From assembly GCF_032062105.1 (NCBI RefSeq), contig NW_026931523.1, forward strand, positions 186,001 through 250,000: 64,000 nucleotides of DNA. The letters run 5' to 3'. A model generated the notes under the pieces. The model worked only from the letters and a program-made list of their open reading frames with translations, had not been told where the DNA came from and ran no database searches. Position 1 is the first letter of the stretch, and the number at the start of each line of letters is the position of its first letter. The DNA is from Saccostrea cucullata (taxonomy: Eukaryota). The position numbers were made by a program, and so were the translations under genes. Shown one piece after another: positions 37,219 through 50,000 of the stretch.

Positions 37219-38015
37219 AAATTTCACCTTGAAAAGGCATATAAAATATGTTTAATGTTCCTTATTTCTCCTGCCAGACAACTGAGCTTGATTTTTTTGG
37301 TTAAGTAGGCAAAAACAAACAAAATTATTGAAGTTAAAAAATGTCATTTATTGAAGTAAATGACGTAAAAGTAGTAAAACATACTTACAATACAAGAAAG
37401 GGGGTCAGGAAAGGGGATTTAAATATAAAATATTACATATCTTTATCACAATATTGTACAAACTGACCCCAAGCACTTAAAATATGTTTACTAATTTAGA
37501 AGACATTTCATAGGACATATCCTATTTTGACTGCGGATTATATGGACATCGTAACCTCTTGAATTTAAAACCTACTTTAATATATTTTACATGCTTTGAG
37601 TTTTCAGGTTGTAGGAATCTTATTAGGGTTATGTATATAAAAGTTAGCCTATCCATACGTGTACGGATAATACTAGACCGAGAGAAACATTTACTTCTGT
37701 ATTGAAGACCTAGATGTTCTCATGATCTTTGAACATCTGCCCCTGTTTTGTAGTGCATTGGTCACTTCTTACAATTCCTTGTCATGAACGTATCAAATCG
37801 AATGATCACAAGCCATGTAATTCTGAAAAATATATGTTTCCTATAGCTATTGTAAAAAGTAAAGTAAAAACACATCTGTATCGGATTGTACACAAATACG
37901 CATATATATAACTTTGAGTTCTGTATTGTTACCGCTCTTATTTGACAGAAATTTAAAAAGGCGGAAAAATGTCCATTTCCTTAAATATGCCATGCTTCAG
38001 GATTCTTTGCAAAAG

Positions 38016-41000
38016 ATGCAGATTGTAAGAAATATAAACACTTTTCTACTTTTGTCCATCAGTTTACACGTGAGTATATATCATTTTCTGGCATTCTTAA
38101 TTCAAGTATGGCTTTAAAGAACATTGAATTAAAATGATTTTTTAAATCATTTTTTTCAAATTAAAGAAGTATTCTGTACAGCATTAAAGAGTTGAGGGGA
38201 AAAAAAGAAAATGATTTTCAACTTAAAAAAGTATGAGGTGCCGTTTTCGTATTTGTTATCATTAATAATTTTAACTATTCGAATATTCAAATAGATAATA
38301 TCCTCTGTTCTAAATTGGATAAGTGATATCGCTTATTTGAATATGTGATAGCAACCTATATGCGTTTCCATAAATGCCAATATATATGAATTTAAATATC
38401 TATATTGGATTCCGAAACTTCATAAAAACTCTTTTAAATAAATATACATAACGGGTTCCAGTGCAAAGCCCATTTCTTTACTCCCCATTAAGATATTAAC
38501 AAATTGAAGGAGAAACTTCAGGCGTGCTGTGTAAGAAATGGTGTAAATCAAATGTGGATACTAAAAAATCTCAAGGAATTTTCGGAAAATTCGAAATCAC
38601 AAAATTTTCGATATGTTTTTCTGTGGAGTCGATATATTATTAGATTGACTGAACGAAAGGGATACACTCTTTATCTTATGCTTAGTGAGTTTAACAGGAA
38701 AAGCATTTGAAAATAATAAAAGCAAAATTGTAATTTTTATAAAGATATCATATTATAGAATTTTTGGATTTTTTCCTCAACCCAGTGACTTCACAATATG
38801 ATAATTGATTTTTTTATAATAAAGAATATATATTAAATAGAATGTTTTGTGCGTTGATCGATCATGTCAGTGGTCAAAGAGAACAATCGAAGATGTTACC
38901 AAATGCCCATTAACTGTTGAAGAAGTGGAAAAAGCCGCAAATATAAAAAATTGTAAAGCCTTGGCTCAAAAGCAGAACTGCACCGATCCTTCAAATTTCA
39001 AATATCATTGTGTGATAAATGAAGAAGAAGACTCACTGGTAGAGGTCTGTGCTCCAGCATACTACATTCATGGTGAGTAAAACATTATGTATAATTTAAC
39101 ATAATACACATGTAAATAAGGTGGACTAAAAATAATTTTGATAATTTTCACAAAAAGCAATCATAATCTAATACCATTTACTAATTTACAGGTTTTTGCA
39201 CAGAATTTAATGTGAAAGGTCTACTGATACAACCGCATTTCAGCATAAAATGCAACAATATTACACCATGCTCAGAACGTTATTTATCAACATTAGCATA
39301 TCAGTGTGAGTAAACAACAATTAAAACCATACATTTTTCAGAGTGGTTAATTAGTGAAAAAACACAAAGTTACTCATCAATAAAAAAAAGTGATACAACG
39401 TCAAGAAACCATTGTTTTTATTTTCTCCTCCGGGAAACCATAATACATGTATATATGTATATTTATGATATACAGATAATGTTATCTATGTTGAACAGAA
39501 TAGGTAACACTTTGTACATACACGATGCAATCATTTTTTTGCGTACTTAAATTAAGTGGCACTGTGCACTGCCTTACGTACGTCTCCATATCAAGCAGAT
39601 ATTTGAGTTTTGGTGCTAGCAAACATGACCAGTTTAATATACCCATAAATGATTATCAGTTGAAATTCACAAAATTTACAAACTGCCAACAAATGCAGTT
39701 CTGAAATTATGTTTATATGTAGTATAAATTTATGATCATATAGGTCACAGTACCTTAATTTTAAATTGTATTTCTACTACATCACATCACAATTCTTTTT
39801 TTTCAATTTCAAGAAACTGACAAATGAAAGTTATGCTCAAGAAGTAAAAAGACTGATTAAAGAAGCCAAGGTTTGATTTATAATGAGTGATAATATAATT
39901 ATTTATTTTATTTACATAATGAAGTTCCAAAGTGTTATGATGTGGTAAAGAAGCGTACTTTTTCCCCCCTGATTAATGAGACAACGACCATTTCATTTGA
40001 TTCATCTGACAGTGCAAAAGGGGACGGTGTCATTAAATGGCAAGTTTATGTTACCACACTTTAAGTTACAATTTATTTACACAATCTGTGCTTTGCAGAT
40101 ATAAAAAATAAACTTACTGTGTATGTTTGCAATATGCATGTGACATAACAAATTATACGATAACATATATAAGAACACACGCCATTGATATTTATCTTTC
40201 CCTACTTCACCTGACTGTGATGTTGTTAATGTGATATGTAGATTATCAAATTAGGCTTTCATGATTTAAAAAAAAAACAAAATGAGACAAAGATTTACCA
40301 AATAATCATGCATGTGCAAAATTGTTTCCTTCGGTTGATTTTTGTCTTTCAAACCAAACATGTAAAATCAATTTATACAAAGGTATTGAAAAAAATATCA
40401 TTCTCCTTCTTATTTTATCAATTTGATGTCATTTTATTTTTTCGACATGTTTTAGTACGTTTGATTATATGTCATCAATCATATCATGATATATCTAAAG
40501 AATCTGGGGGGATAAGTGAGTCAAATGCCCACAAGGATTTTGTCGCTCTGTAGGCATTTCGGAAATTTCATAGTTGTACGATTTACCTAAACATTTAAAC
40601 TTTGTACATCACTGTCCAAATGACAATATCTATATGTTAACAGTATTTTTAACGTGATGCTTTTCATATTGCGTGTTAATTTTTCTATCAAATGATTATG
40701 TCTTCAGGGTTTGGGAGATGGTACGCTTTACTTTTCCTTTTAACTGTTTTTGAATACAGAACAGTCATATCGCGCTGGCTACCCATGATTGAATTTGTTT
40801 ACATTTTAATCGTGTAATGCAGTCTTGAACTAAATGCATTTATGCCTCCTCCTTCCCTACCTACAAAATCAAAATTAGACAAACTCACAGGTATGTTGAA
40901 AAAAGTTTATTGATCAAAATATAATAAAATTTTTGATCAAATAAAATCATAAACTTGTACAAACTTTTTTTAAAAAAATAATTCCAGTATAACAAAATGG

Positions 41001-44000
41001 ATTTCAAAATGTTGATATATAAATTACAGTTTCCTTAAACAAAAATGGATTAAACATTATAAAATTGTTAATTCAGTTCCATTGTATCAAAATGGATGCT
41101 ACAATGTAAATTTGCAAATGAAGTTACAGTATCGCAAAGGATGGATTTGTCAATGCAAAGGAACATCAGTAATCCGCAAACATATCACATATAAAATCAA
41201 AAGAGTAGAATAATACAAAAATTACAAGAAACTAAATATCTGCTTGATATCCACAAAAATGCATAACATAATGAATATCTATAAAGCATGTATCAAAAAG
41301 TATCAGATAAGTGTATTTACACAAAAATCGACTAGTGGCAACAGGTTAAAATGTTATTTCACATGTAGATTGAAAACATGTTTATTATAGGTAAAACATT
41401 AATTGACCGTAAATAAATTCTTCATCTTATTTATTCATTTTGTTTTTTGTAAAAAAAAAATGTTTATCTAATTTTAACCTGAACTTAAAAAAATCGTAAT
41501 TCGAACACTCGCGACAGGTAACTGGTTGCTTCAACTCCGCCGCTATGACTACTGAGCCACGAAGTCGCACAGACATTTCCCTTTAAATAGCAAACAGTTC
41601 TATATATAGCAAACGCACAACTGGACTTAGAGTTTTTGAGAATATGTTGCGAAATTTAAGTAGGTAAACTAACTTTTTTATATAAAGTGGGTCTTCGTAC
41701 CATTTTTTTTTAAATGTTGAGAGATACATTCTTCCATACCCTTTGAATATTTGTTTACAAAAAAATGGTACGAAGACCCACTCCATATAAAAAACACAGT
41801 TTTAACATTCAATGTCTATCATTTTTACGGTTACTAAGTGTATAACTACTTTAACGGGTTAATTACAATCAATTTGTAAGTAATTTGATTCAAGTTTAAC
41901 CTTTACTGTATGCATACGGTTATAAATTACTCCCAAATTTAACAAAAAGAGGAATTTGCAAGATTTTATTTAATCGATATTTTACTTGCCCTTGCGTAGG
42001 CATATGACTCGCCTAATCCACCCAGATTCTTTATTCTAAATTCAAAGACGACTTGATAAGCAGCCTTCATTTAAGAGAGTGAATATATATATAAATGCCA
42101 TGCATGTGATATCATAGAAAGCTTTATTAATAGGTGGGTATTGCGCAGACTGTGTATTATACATGTACATTGTATATGGGGAAAGTATTTTGAGAAGCAC
42201 ACTACGTTTTCTTGTTCTCTGTAAGATTAGTAATTTCCTCTCTTCCCTTGAATCAATTTGTTTTCATTATTCCTAATTTGAGCTCTTCTTCAACTTTTCT
42301 TTAGGTACATATATTTCCTGATAGTCTTTGTAATCACAGCATGTTTTGTTTTTGTACCTGTCTTTGTTGTGTGCATGTGCGGATACCGCAGGAAGCAAGG
42401 TAATTTATTGCAAAGAATCCACTCGATGTATTTCATTTTAAAATCTTAAAAATGGAATTAAATGGATGTTTTTTTTAAATCAAATTAGGCTGGATGAAAA
42501 TTGCATGAATTATATGAGTTTATAAATATGAAGTTGAAGCATATGTATGTGTTTGTGAATCTGCGAATGCTTAAGCGGACTTAATTATAGAGAGTGAAAA
42601 AATTATACTTTGAAAAATACCTCTTCATTCTTGTGAAGATGTTATGACATCAAGCCGTTGAAAATTTGTTATTTTATTTCAGTTTCATTTAAGATAACAC
42701 TTTTTTTTACAGAACAACAACGAAATGACTTAAATGAAGAAGGTATTATGTAATTTATATATACCTGCAATAAATTATCAATCCTCAATGAGTCAAGTTT
42801 GTTTGATTTCTGGTTTTACTTGTAGTGTGTCACATAATACATGTATGAAGAAAAGAATTCTAAGTTGTGAAAAGTACAAAATTTTACTTTTTAGGTGTGG
42901 TATCCCAAGAATTGCTCCGAAAAGAGGCTAAGAAGGGTATGTTTATATTTTATTCATGCAATGATGTGAATTGTAAAGTAACAGTAGGAAATATACAAAG
43001 ATTTCAAGTTGTCCATGGTCGTGAATAACAATTCGTACTCAGAAGCATTTGTCAATATTCCAAGAGTGAAGTATGTATACAAATCATTTTCTGAATATTA
43101 AAACATACCGGTATATCATAAGATCAAAGATCTATCAAATAAAACAAACTTGAGTAAACGTATACTAGTTACAGGATGAGTTTACAGGAATGCAAGGTGG
43201 ATTGTAGTCATTTACAAATCGCAACCATGAATACATATAATTAAAATGAAATTAAACTTCCCATTAAGGGAAATAAAATTTCAAATTTATTTTTCTTGAT
43301 TACAGTGTAATTTTTTAAACGCGAAAGGTGATTAGTCTTTGAAGAAACTAATTTGTACCCCTCGGAACAATGAAACAGATCGCGTGTGCAGTTTAAAAAC
43401 AATTATTTGTAAATCAACATTTATAGTATTAAGATATTTTTTAAAAGTTCAGATATTTTTTTTATATATATAACTCGTAAATATTTTACTTACGGAAAAG
43501 AAAAGTTCATCTGTCCAAGTACTTTGATTATGTTTATAAGAAACAACGAATAATGTAAAACGATCTGATCTGTAATTATGCCTATAAAATTCATTATCTT
43601 AAAGTGAATTCTTCTATCAATATTTTTTGCAAATCTTGTCTTTAAGTTTTAACTTTATTCATAGTTGAAAATGATTTGTGACAGTTGAGTTTATTTATTA
43701 TAGGCCGCAGCAGCGGCCGATCTATTTGTGGTTGTGTTAGAAAGTGCACATGGGGAATTGAGAAGATATTTTTTATTAGTTCAGTAGAATAAGTCTTTTA
43801 TGATAACAAGTAAAAACGTAGTATTAATTGCCGATATTATATTTCAAGTTCATTATCATTTCTCATCAGATAATTGATAATTTATAGTTATATAAAAATA
43901 GTTTACAATATTTATACTCCCCGGCCTGGGTGTGTGTAAGATATGAAAGGAAATCGTCATGATTTTCCGGATTATAATGACGTGGTATAGAATGGTGCAT

Positions 44001-47000
44001 TAAAATTAAAAAAAAATTAACTTGCGAAAATTGTTTTGAATATGCTCTTCAGCTTCAAATGATAAAAAGATATATTTCTACATTTTGCTTTGCGGCTTGC
44101 AGCATAGCCAACTCTGCAGAAACCATGAGCATTATCACGTGGCCAAGATTCAGGGTATCAGCTGCACATGGTTCATCTTGAGAGGCCTATATATCTTCAT
44201 TTTGATGACATTAAAATATTATCATTCAGCAATGATTATTTTTTGTTTGTTTGGGTTTTTTTTTTACATCAATGGATCTATTTTTTAGCAAATTCGGTAT
44301 TTAAAATGTCCATTTATTGAATTCCTAAAAATTATTTACTTTGCTTTGAAGAATGAATAACAATGAATCAACTACATGTATTTCACCTTTAAATATCTTG
44401 ACGTGCTTTCCTTGCATGGGCCCTTTAAAACTGAAACGATCGATATTTAATTACTAAATTTTGTTTGCGGCCAAGTTGATGCTTTGCATCAATTACTTGT
44501 GTATAAATTGTTAATGATACACCACTGTCAGACATATTTACGATAAAATTTAGTTTAGAAGTAGGCTGTCACCAGTTTCACATTTTACACGTTTACCAGA
44601 ATAACAACATGAAGAGTAATTGCGATGAGAAGTGAATATAGGCAAACACCTAAGTGTTCACTTCTTGAAAGACGATACGCGGATGATCTACTTCTTTGGA
44701 AATACTTCGAGGGAAAATTGATCATCTGCATGAATCTAAACACTTTATATTGTTGATTTTCTGACATTAAAAAGATGATTTTGTGATACTGAAAAATCCA
44801 ATTGAATTTCCTTTATCAAAAAATGATTTTTTAAGTTTAAAATTCGAAGTCTTCGTATAAAAAGAATCCCGTTTATTATTTTTTGATGTCAGAAAAAAAG
44901 ATTTGTTAGATGTAAGAAAATTTTTTTGATATCATATTAGAGCAAGGAGTCTTTTTGTGAACACAGTGCTTACATTACCTCTGGGATTCTAGTGGATTCG
45001 GTAAAGCTAAATAAATTATTTTAATAAGCACTTTTTCTTTATTTATTATCGATTCTACTGGTTACTACTTTCATTGCTTGAAATAATAATAATTTTATAA
45101 ATATTTTGTGATCTTTCTTTAAATTTCTTTAGAAATAACTGACATTTCTTCCACTCTCTATATGTTAATATTCAAAACTTTATATCTGTTATCTTTATAT
45201 CAATAACAAACTTAGTTGTACTGTTCTTTTATTAATAATTTTTTTTTACAGAAAGACGATCTGAGTCCAAAATGGAAAGCGATAGTAAGCATTTCTTTGT
45301 TTCTTATGTTTCGTATGAATTCACCGTTGGTGAATGTAAAATATTTGGAGTTGATGTAATTGTTTTATTTACATGTTTCGTTTATAATAATAGACGATTT
45401 CTCGTTTAAATGAAATATTGATGTTCGTAAATTTACTTTTAATTTGTTGTATTCATTTTTGAATGATATCTTTAAACCTTAGAAAGAAACACATAACTCT
45501 TAAACAACCCCTCTTTTCCCGCCATTCAATCGCAGTGTGTTAGCCCCCCTTGTTCAACAATAGCAGCTCGATTTTTACGAAGCATTAGGTTTATCAGGCT
45601 CTTGATCTGAGCATAAAGAATCTTCTTATCAATTTTTAATTATCTGTTTTTCAAATACTGAAGTAGATTTTTTCTAACCTGGCCCAGTGTAGTAAATATT
45701 GAACGTCTGGTATTAAAACTGCCATTCATGGTTTTGAAATTCATGAGCATATTAAGTTGCTTTGTAGTGCATATTTGCAAAACATAATATGCAACTCTCC
45801 TTTACTTTAAGCTTTGAGAATTTAAAGCAAGAGCCAAAAATCAGAGCTTTCAGTAATTTTAAGGAAATACTGGCATCATATCGGGAAAAGAATTTTTTCG
45901 GAACAACATTACATTAATTGATTAATTGTATATTGATTAACGTCCAATTCGAGAAGTTTTCACACATATCAAGAAGTCTTCGTATACCGGTGAAGGGATT
46001 CACATTAAGATCTATACTCGGCAATCAGGGCCATTCAGCAGTTACGGTTCTTACGCTTTAAAGGTCATATCCTAAAACCTGTCACTTCTAATGCTGAGCG
46101 CTCGGTGAAGGAACAGTCATCAGCTATGTTTACGTTTTAGGTTTGACGCGGTGCTGCGATCGAGAATCGAACCCGGCCTCTTGATCAAGATGTGAACGCT
46201 CTGCCACTAGGCTACGGTTGAATATCAATGCAATATTATACATTTATTAACTGAGTTCAAGGGCAACATGCGTTTTGTCGGATCCAAGAACCAAACTGTT
46301 TGCCTGAGGCCGTTCGGCCGAAGGCAGACAGTTTGGTTGGAGGGTCGACAAAACGCATTTTGCTCGAGGGCAAGTCAATATATGTTTTGAAATACCTTTC
46401 ATTTTTTGTTGTTGTTGACACTCGTACATGTATTTTGTACTGTCATCGTAATGTAACCTTAGGTCCGTCACTTTCGAACATCAACGAATGAAACTGAGAT
46501 TAAGCTCCGCCAATTCTGTGAAATGACGGGTCCAACATCTCTTCGAGGGGTCCAACATCTCACCCAGCCGTTTAACATCGATTTTTTAAGACCGCTCAGC
46601 AAAACATTAGAAATATTAGACTTTTTTCCGCATCGATTTGTGTAGGAACAACATTTTAAAGGTTTAACAATATACATTTATTGAGTTCGAGGGCAACATG
46701 CGTTTTGTGGCGCCCAAGACAAAACAGTTCGGTTTAAGGGTCGACAAAACGCATTTTGCACGGGAACTTAGTCAATACACTTAATGTTTTGTGATATCTT
46801 TCATTTAATTTATTTTTCAAAATGTATTTTTTACTGTCTTCAGTGATGTATCATCAGGCCTGTCACTTTTGATCACCAACGAATGAAAATGAGATAAATC
46901 TCCACCCATTCTATGACTAAGAGGTCCAACATCTCACTCAGCAGTCAAAATCGATTTTTTTATGCTCGTTTAGCAAAACATTAGAAATGTTAGAATTTTT

Positions 47001-50000
47001 TCGAATAGATTTGTTTAGGAACAAATTTTTTAAGGCATTACAGCTACAAACCCTTGAAAACCTGTGTTATTTCAAATGTTTTTATCGAACATGCAATTTG
47101 GGATTTTTGTTAAGAGGCCTCAAAATCAATTTTGTTACTGAAGTGGAAATCATTCAATCTTTAAATTACTGATTCGGCCAAATTAAGGATGACCTTATTT
47201 TATAACCTTTATGCATGTATAATTTTCCCCTTGAAATAAGGATGTTGTGTTTCGTTTATGTTTCGGTCTATATATCATTTGCCTTTCATGTTACAGGTAT
47301 CTCAAGAGAATCGATAACAGATGAACTAGTAGGTAAGTTTACAATAATTTGAAGTTAAAAGTGCGTAATGTTTATGACAAAATATCGTTCTTTCCTCTAT
47401 AAAAGGGGAATTTTACCCATTTCGAACGTAATTTTTGATACTTTTTTTAAAAAAAAATGATATTGGATTTATCTCCAAATAATACCTGTCTATCTTTCAT
47501 CATTTAATTTATACACAATCAAATTTGAAGTAGAAATAAGTTTGGTAAAAAAGAAAAAGACAGAAAATAAACAAAGAACATATATGAAAATTTAAAATGA
47601 ATCTAATGTCTCACATTTTGGTATTCTTTCAATAGTTGTTGCTCCCGGCAGACTGTTGATAGACATGTATCACGAATCAGGTAAAAAATAACCATCTTTA
47701 ATTTTTTCAAATGTTAAGGTCCTATAGTTTTGAGTAAAATGAGAACTGTTATTGCAATAGTTAGTGAATAAACCATGATAATATGATATAAATAGTTCAT
47801 TTTGAAAAGAGGAGGCATGAAAATAGTTAAGTTCAATTTCTTACGAAGGAATAGGTGTATTTTAAAACCTCTGTACTTCTGCCTTTTAAACTCAACCTGG
47901 GTATGTTAGGGCTTCACTTGGATATCTGCAAAACATGTTATCAACTGAACTTAGTCATTTAGATGGTATTTTAAGCGAAGTATTTTATACAGGAGTGATA
48001 TCCCTTCACGAATGCAAAAGGAACATATAAAATTATAAAATATAAGTATGATTAAAATCAGATATACAGATTTATTATGAAATAGTTTTCCTATGATGAT
48101 GACAGGCTACGTTTTAAAATTTTACCCAGTATTTCCTCCACCGATTTAAACAAGAAAGATTCAAAAGTTCAGGATATTATGTATATTAGTTCTCATGCTC
48201 CGACAATATAGAAAGATTGTATTATATAGAATATGAAAAATGCTGGAAGAATATTATGACTAGTATGGCTTGATAAAAAATATTCCATCACCTAGGTACA
48301 ACATAAAACACTTTTTGATAGCTTTCAGTGGGCTCCAGGTTATTATTTCTGTGACCGGAGAGTATGATTCTAGCAACATTTTTCATGTTGTACGTAATTA
48401 TTTTATAAACAGAAATGAATATTTCCCGGGGTTTGCTAGACCTTTAACTTATCATGAAGGCATATTTTTCTATTTACAGACGTCACACAATGATATTCTT
48501 GTTCGATGCTCGTTTTTCCTCAGACTTATTAACGTGTGCATTGATAAAAATATTTCATGCTTTAACCATAGCTTAATTTCCCAATTAATCAATGCTGAAA
48601 CCTTGCCGAATAATGATCTGGGTTCTGCCATTACATACCTGCGTTTAACCTCAACTTCATTTATAAAGAAGTTTGCTCAAATTTGAAATAATTATTGTTT
48701 TTAACCACCAGGTATGTGATTTTGAAAGTGCAGGATCTTTTACGAACGAATACAAGCATCCTTTTATTGAATATGTGGTTCAGCACATCATCTTACTTAT
48801 CCATTATGAACAAGAATGCTTTTTCAATTGAAATGTTTAAATTACGTTTTATTTAAATAAACATTTTGTGTCATGTAGTTTAAATTTTAAGTTCAAATTT
48901 TGCTTTACTAGAGGAAGAAAGAGAACAGTATGCAGTGGAAAATGAAGGTTTGTAAAAATTATAATGAATAAATTTTAAATAATAATTTTTCAGTAAAAGA
49001 AAGCTATAAAGGAACACTAGATAGGTCCTAAAATATTGGATAAAAAGTAAAACAAACTCTTCCACTGATTTCGGTCTTAAATGTACATGTATGATATATA
49101 AATGAACTGTTAAAAGCATTTCCATGTTACAGAGAATATATAAGGAAATATTTCTTATATTTTTTTCTCTTTTTTAAGATCACACCAAGTCCTATCTCAA
49201 TGCTTTTCAACATTTTGAAAAATATTTCGTGAAAACAAAGGTATTTACAGTCTGTAAAAATAAGTTACAAACAGAAGGCGTTGCTGTTTTAGTTGGTCCG
49301 CCGGGTTACGGAAAAACTAACATTGGTATAGGCATCATGAAAGATGATGTTTACAAAGATTGGAAAAAGCGAAAAATAAAGTCTTGGGCAGAATTTAGAT
49401 TTATAAATTCAGAAGAGAATTCTCTCATTTATATTGATAATATATTTGACGGGTTCATGTATCATCATGAATTGGAAAAATGGTGGAATATATTAAATAA
49501 AACCTTCTATGATAATATTTCACATAATCCGAATGATGAGCAAGATGAAAGTGAATTTTTTGCAAATAAAGGAGGAAAGATTCATCTTTTTATAACCGCC
49601 AAAGAGAGTGTATTAACAAAAGCACGTGAGTACAACAAGATCAAGAGAACCCCAGTATTTAAAAGAAACTGTATTATAAATGTTACAGATTATGGCTTCA
49701 CAGCTACAGAAAAAGACGAAATCTTAGATAAACAATTTGAATTTGCAGAGAAAATATTGGATATTCCAAGGCCGTTGGTAGATCAAGAGTTTAGAAATAA
49801 AATGAAGGAATTAGTTGGTCCTATCGGCTTTCCACTTTGCGCTCATCTTTATGCGTGTGAAAAGGATCATAGAAATACTGGCATTGACTTCTTTCTTTTC
49901 CCGATCAATTATCTTCGGAAACAAATAAAATATGAAATTGAAGGTGATCAAACTCATGGCGTGAAAACGTTACTCTTATTGCTATTCTTAAGTGAATGTT

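Noticed and set aside
39814-39870. Exon-like segment KLTNESYAQEVKRLIKEAK in an R2 intron
   Set aside because: It is open only in phase 0; in the required phase 1 it creates TAA, and it would split the conserved ectodomain.
46150-46218. tRNA gene (also 41496-41561)
   Set aside because: A and B boxes are present, but there is no complete cloverleaf, and 46150-46218 runs into a SINE body.
48270-48686. 138-aa ORF inside an R2 intron
   Set aside because: TTG start, no recognisable motif and AT-rich composition; probably a chance ORF.
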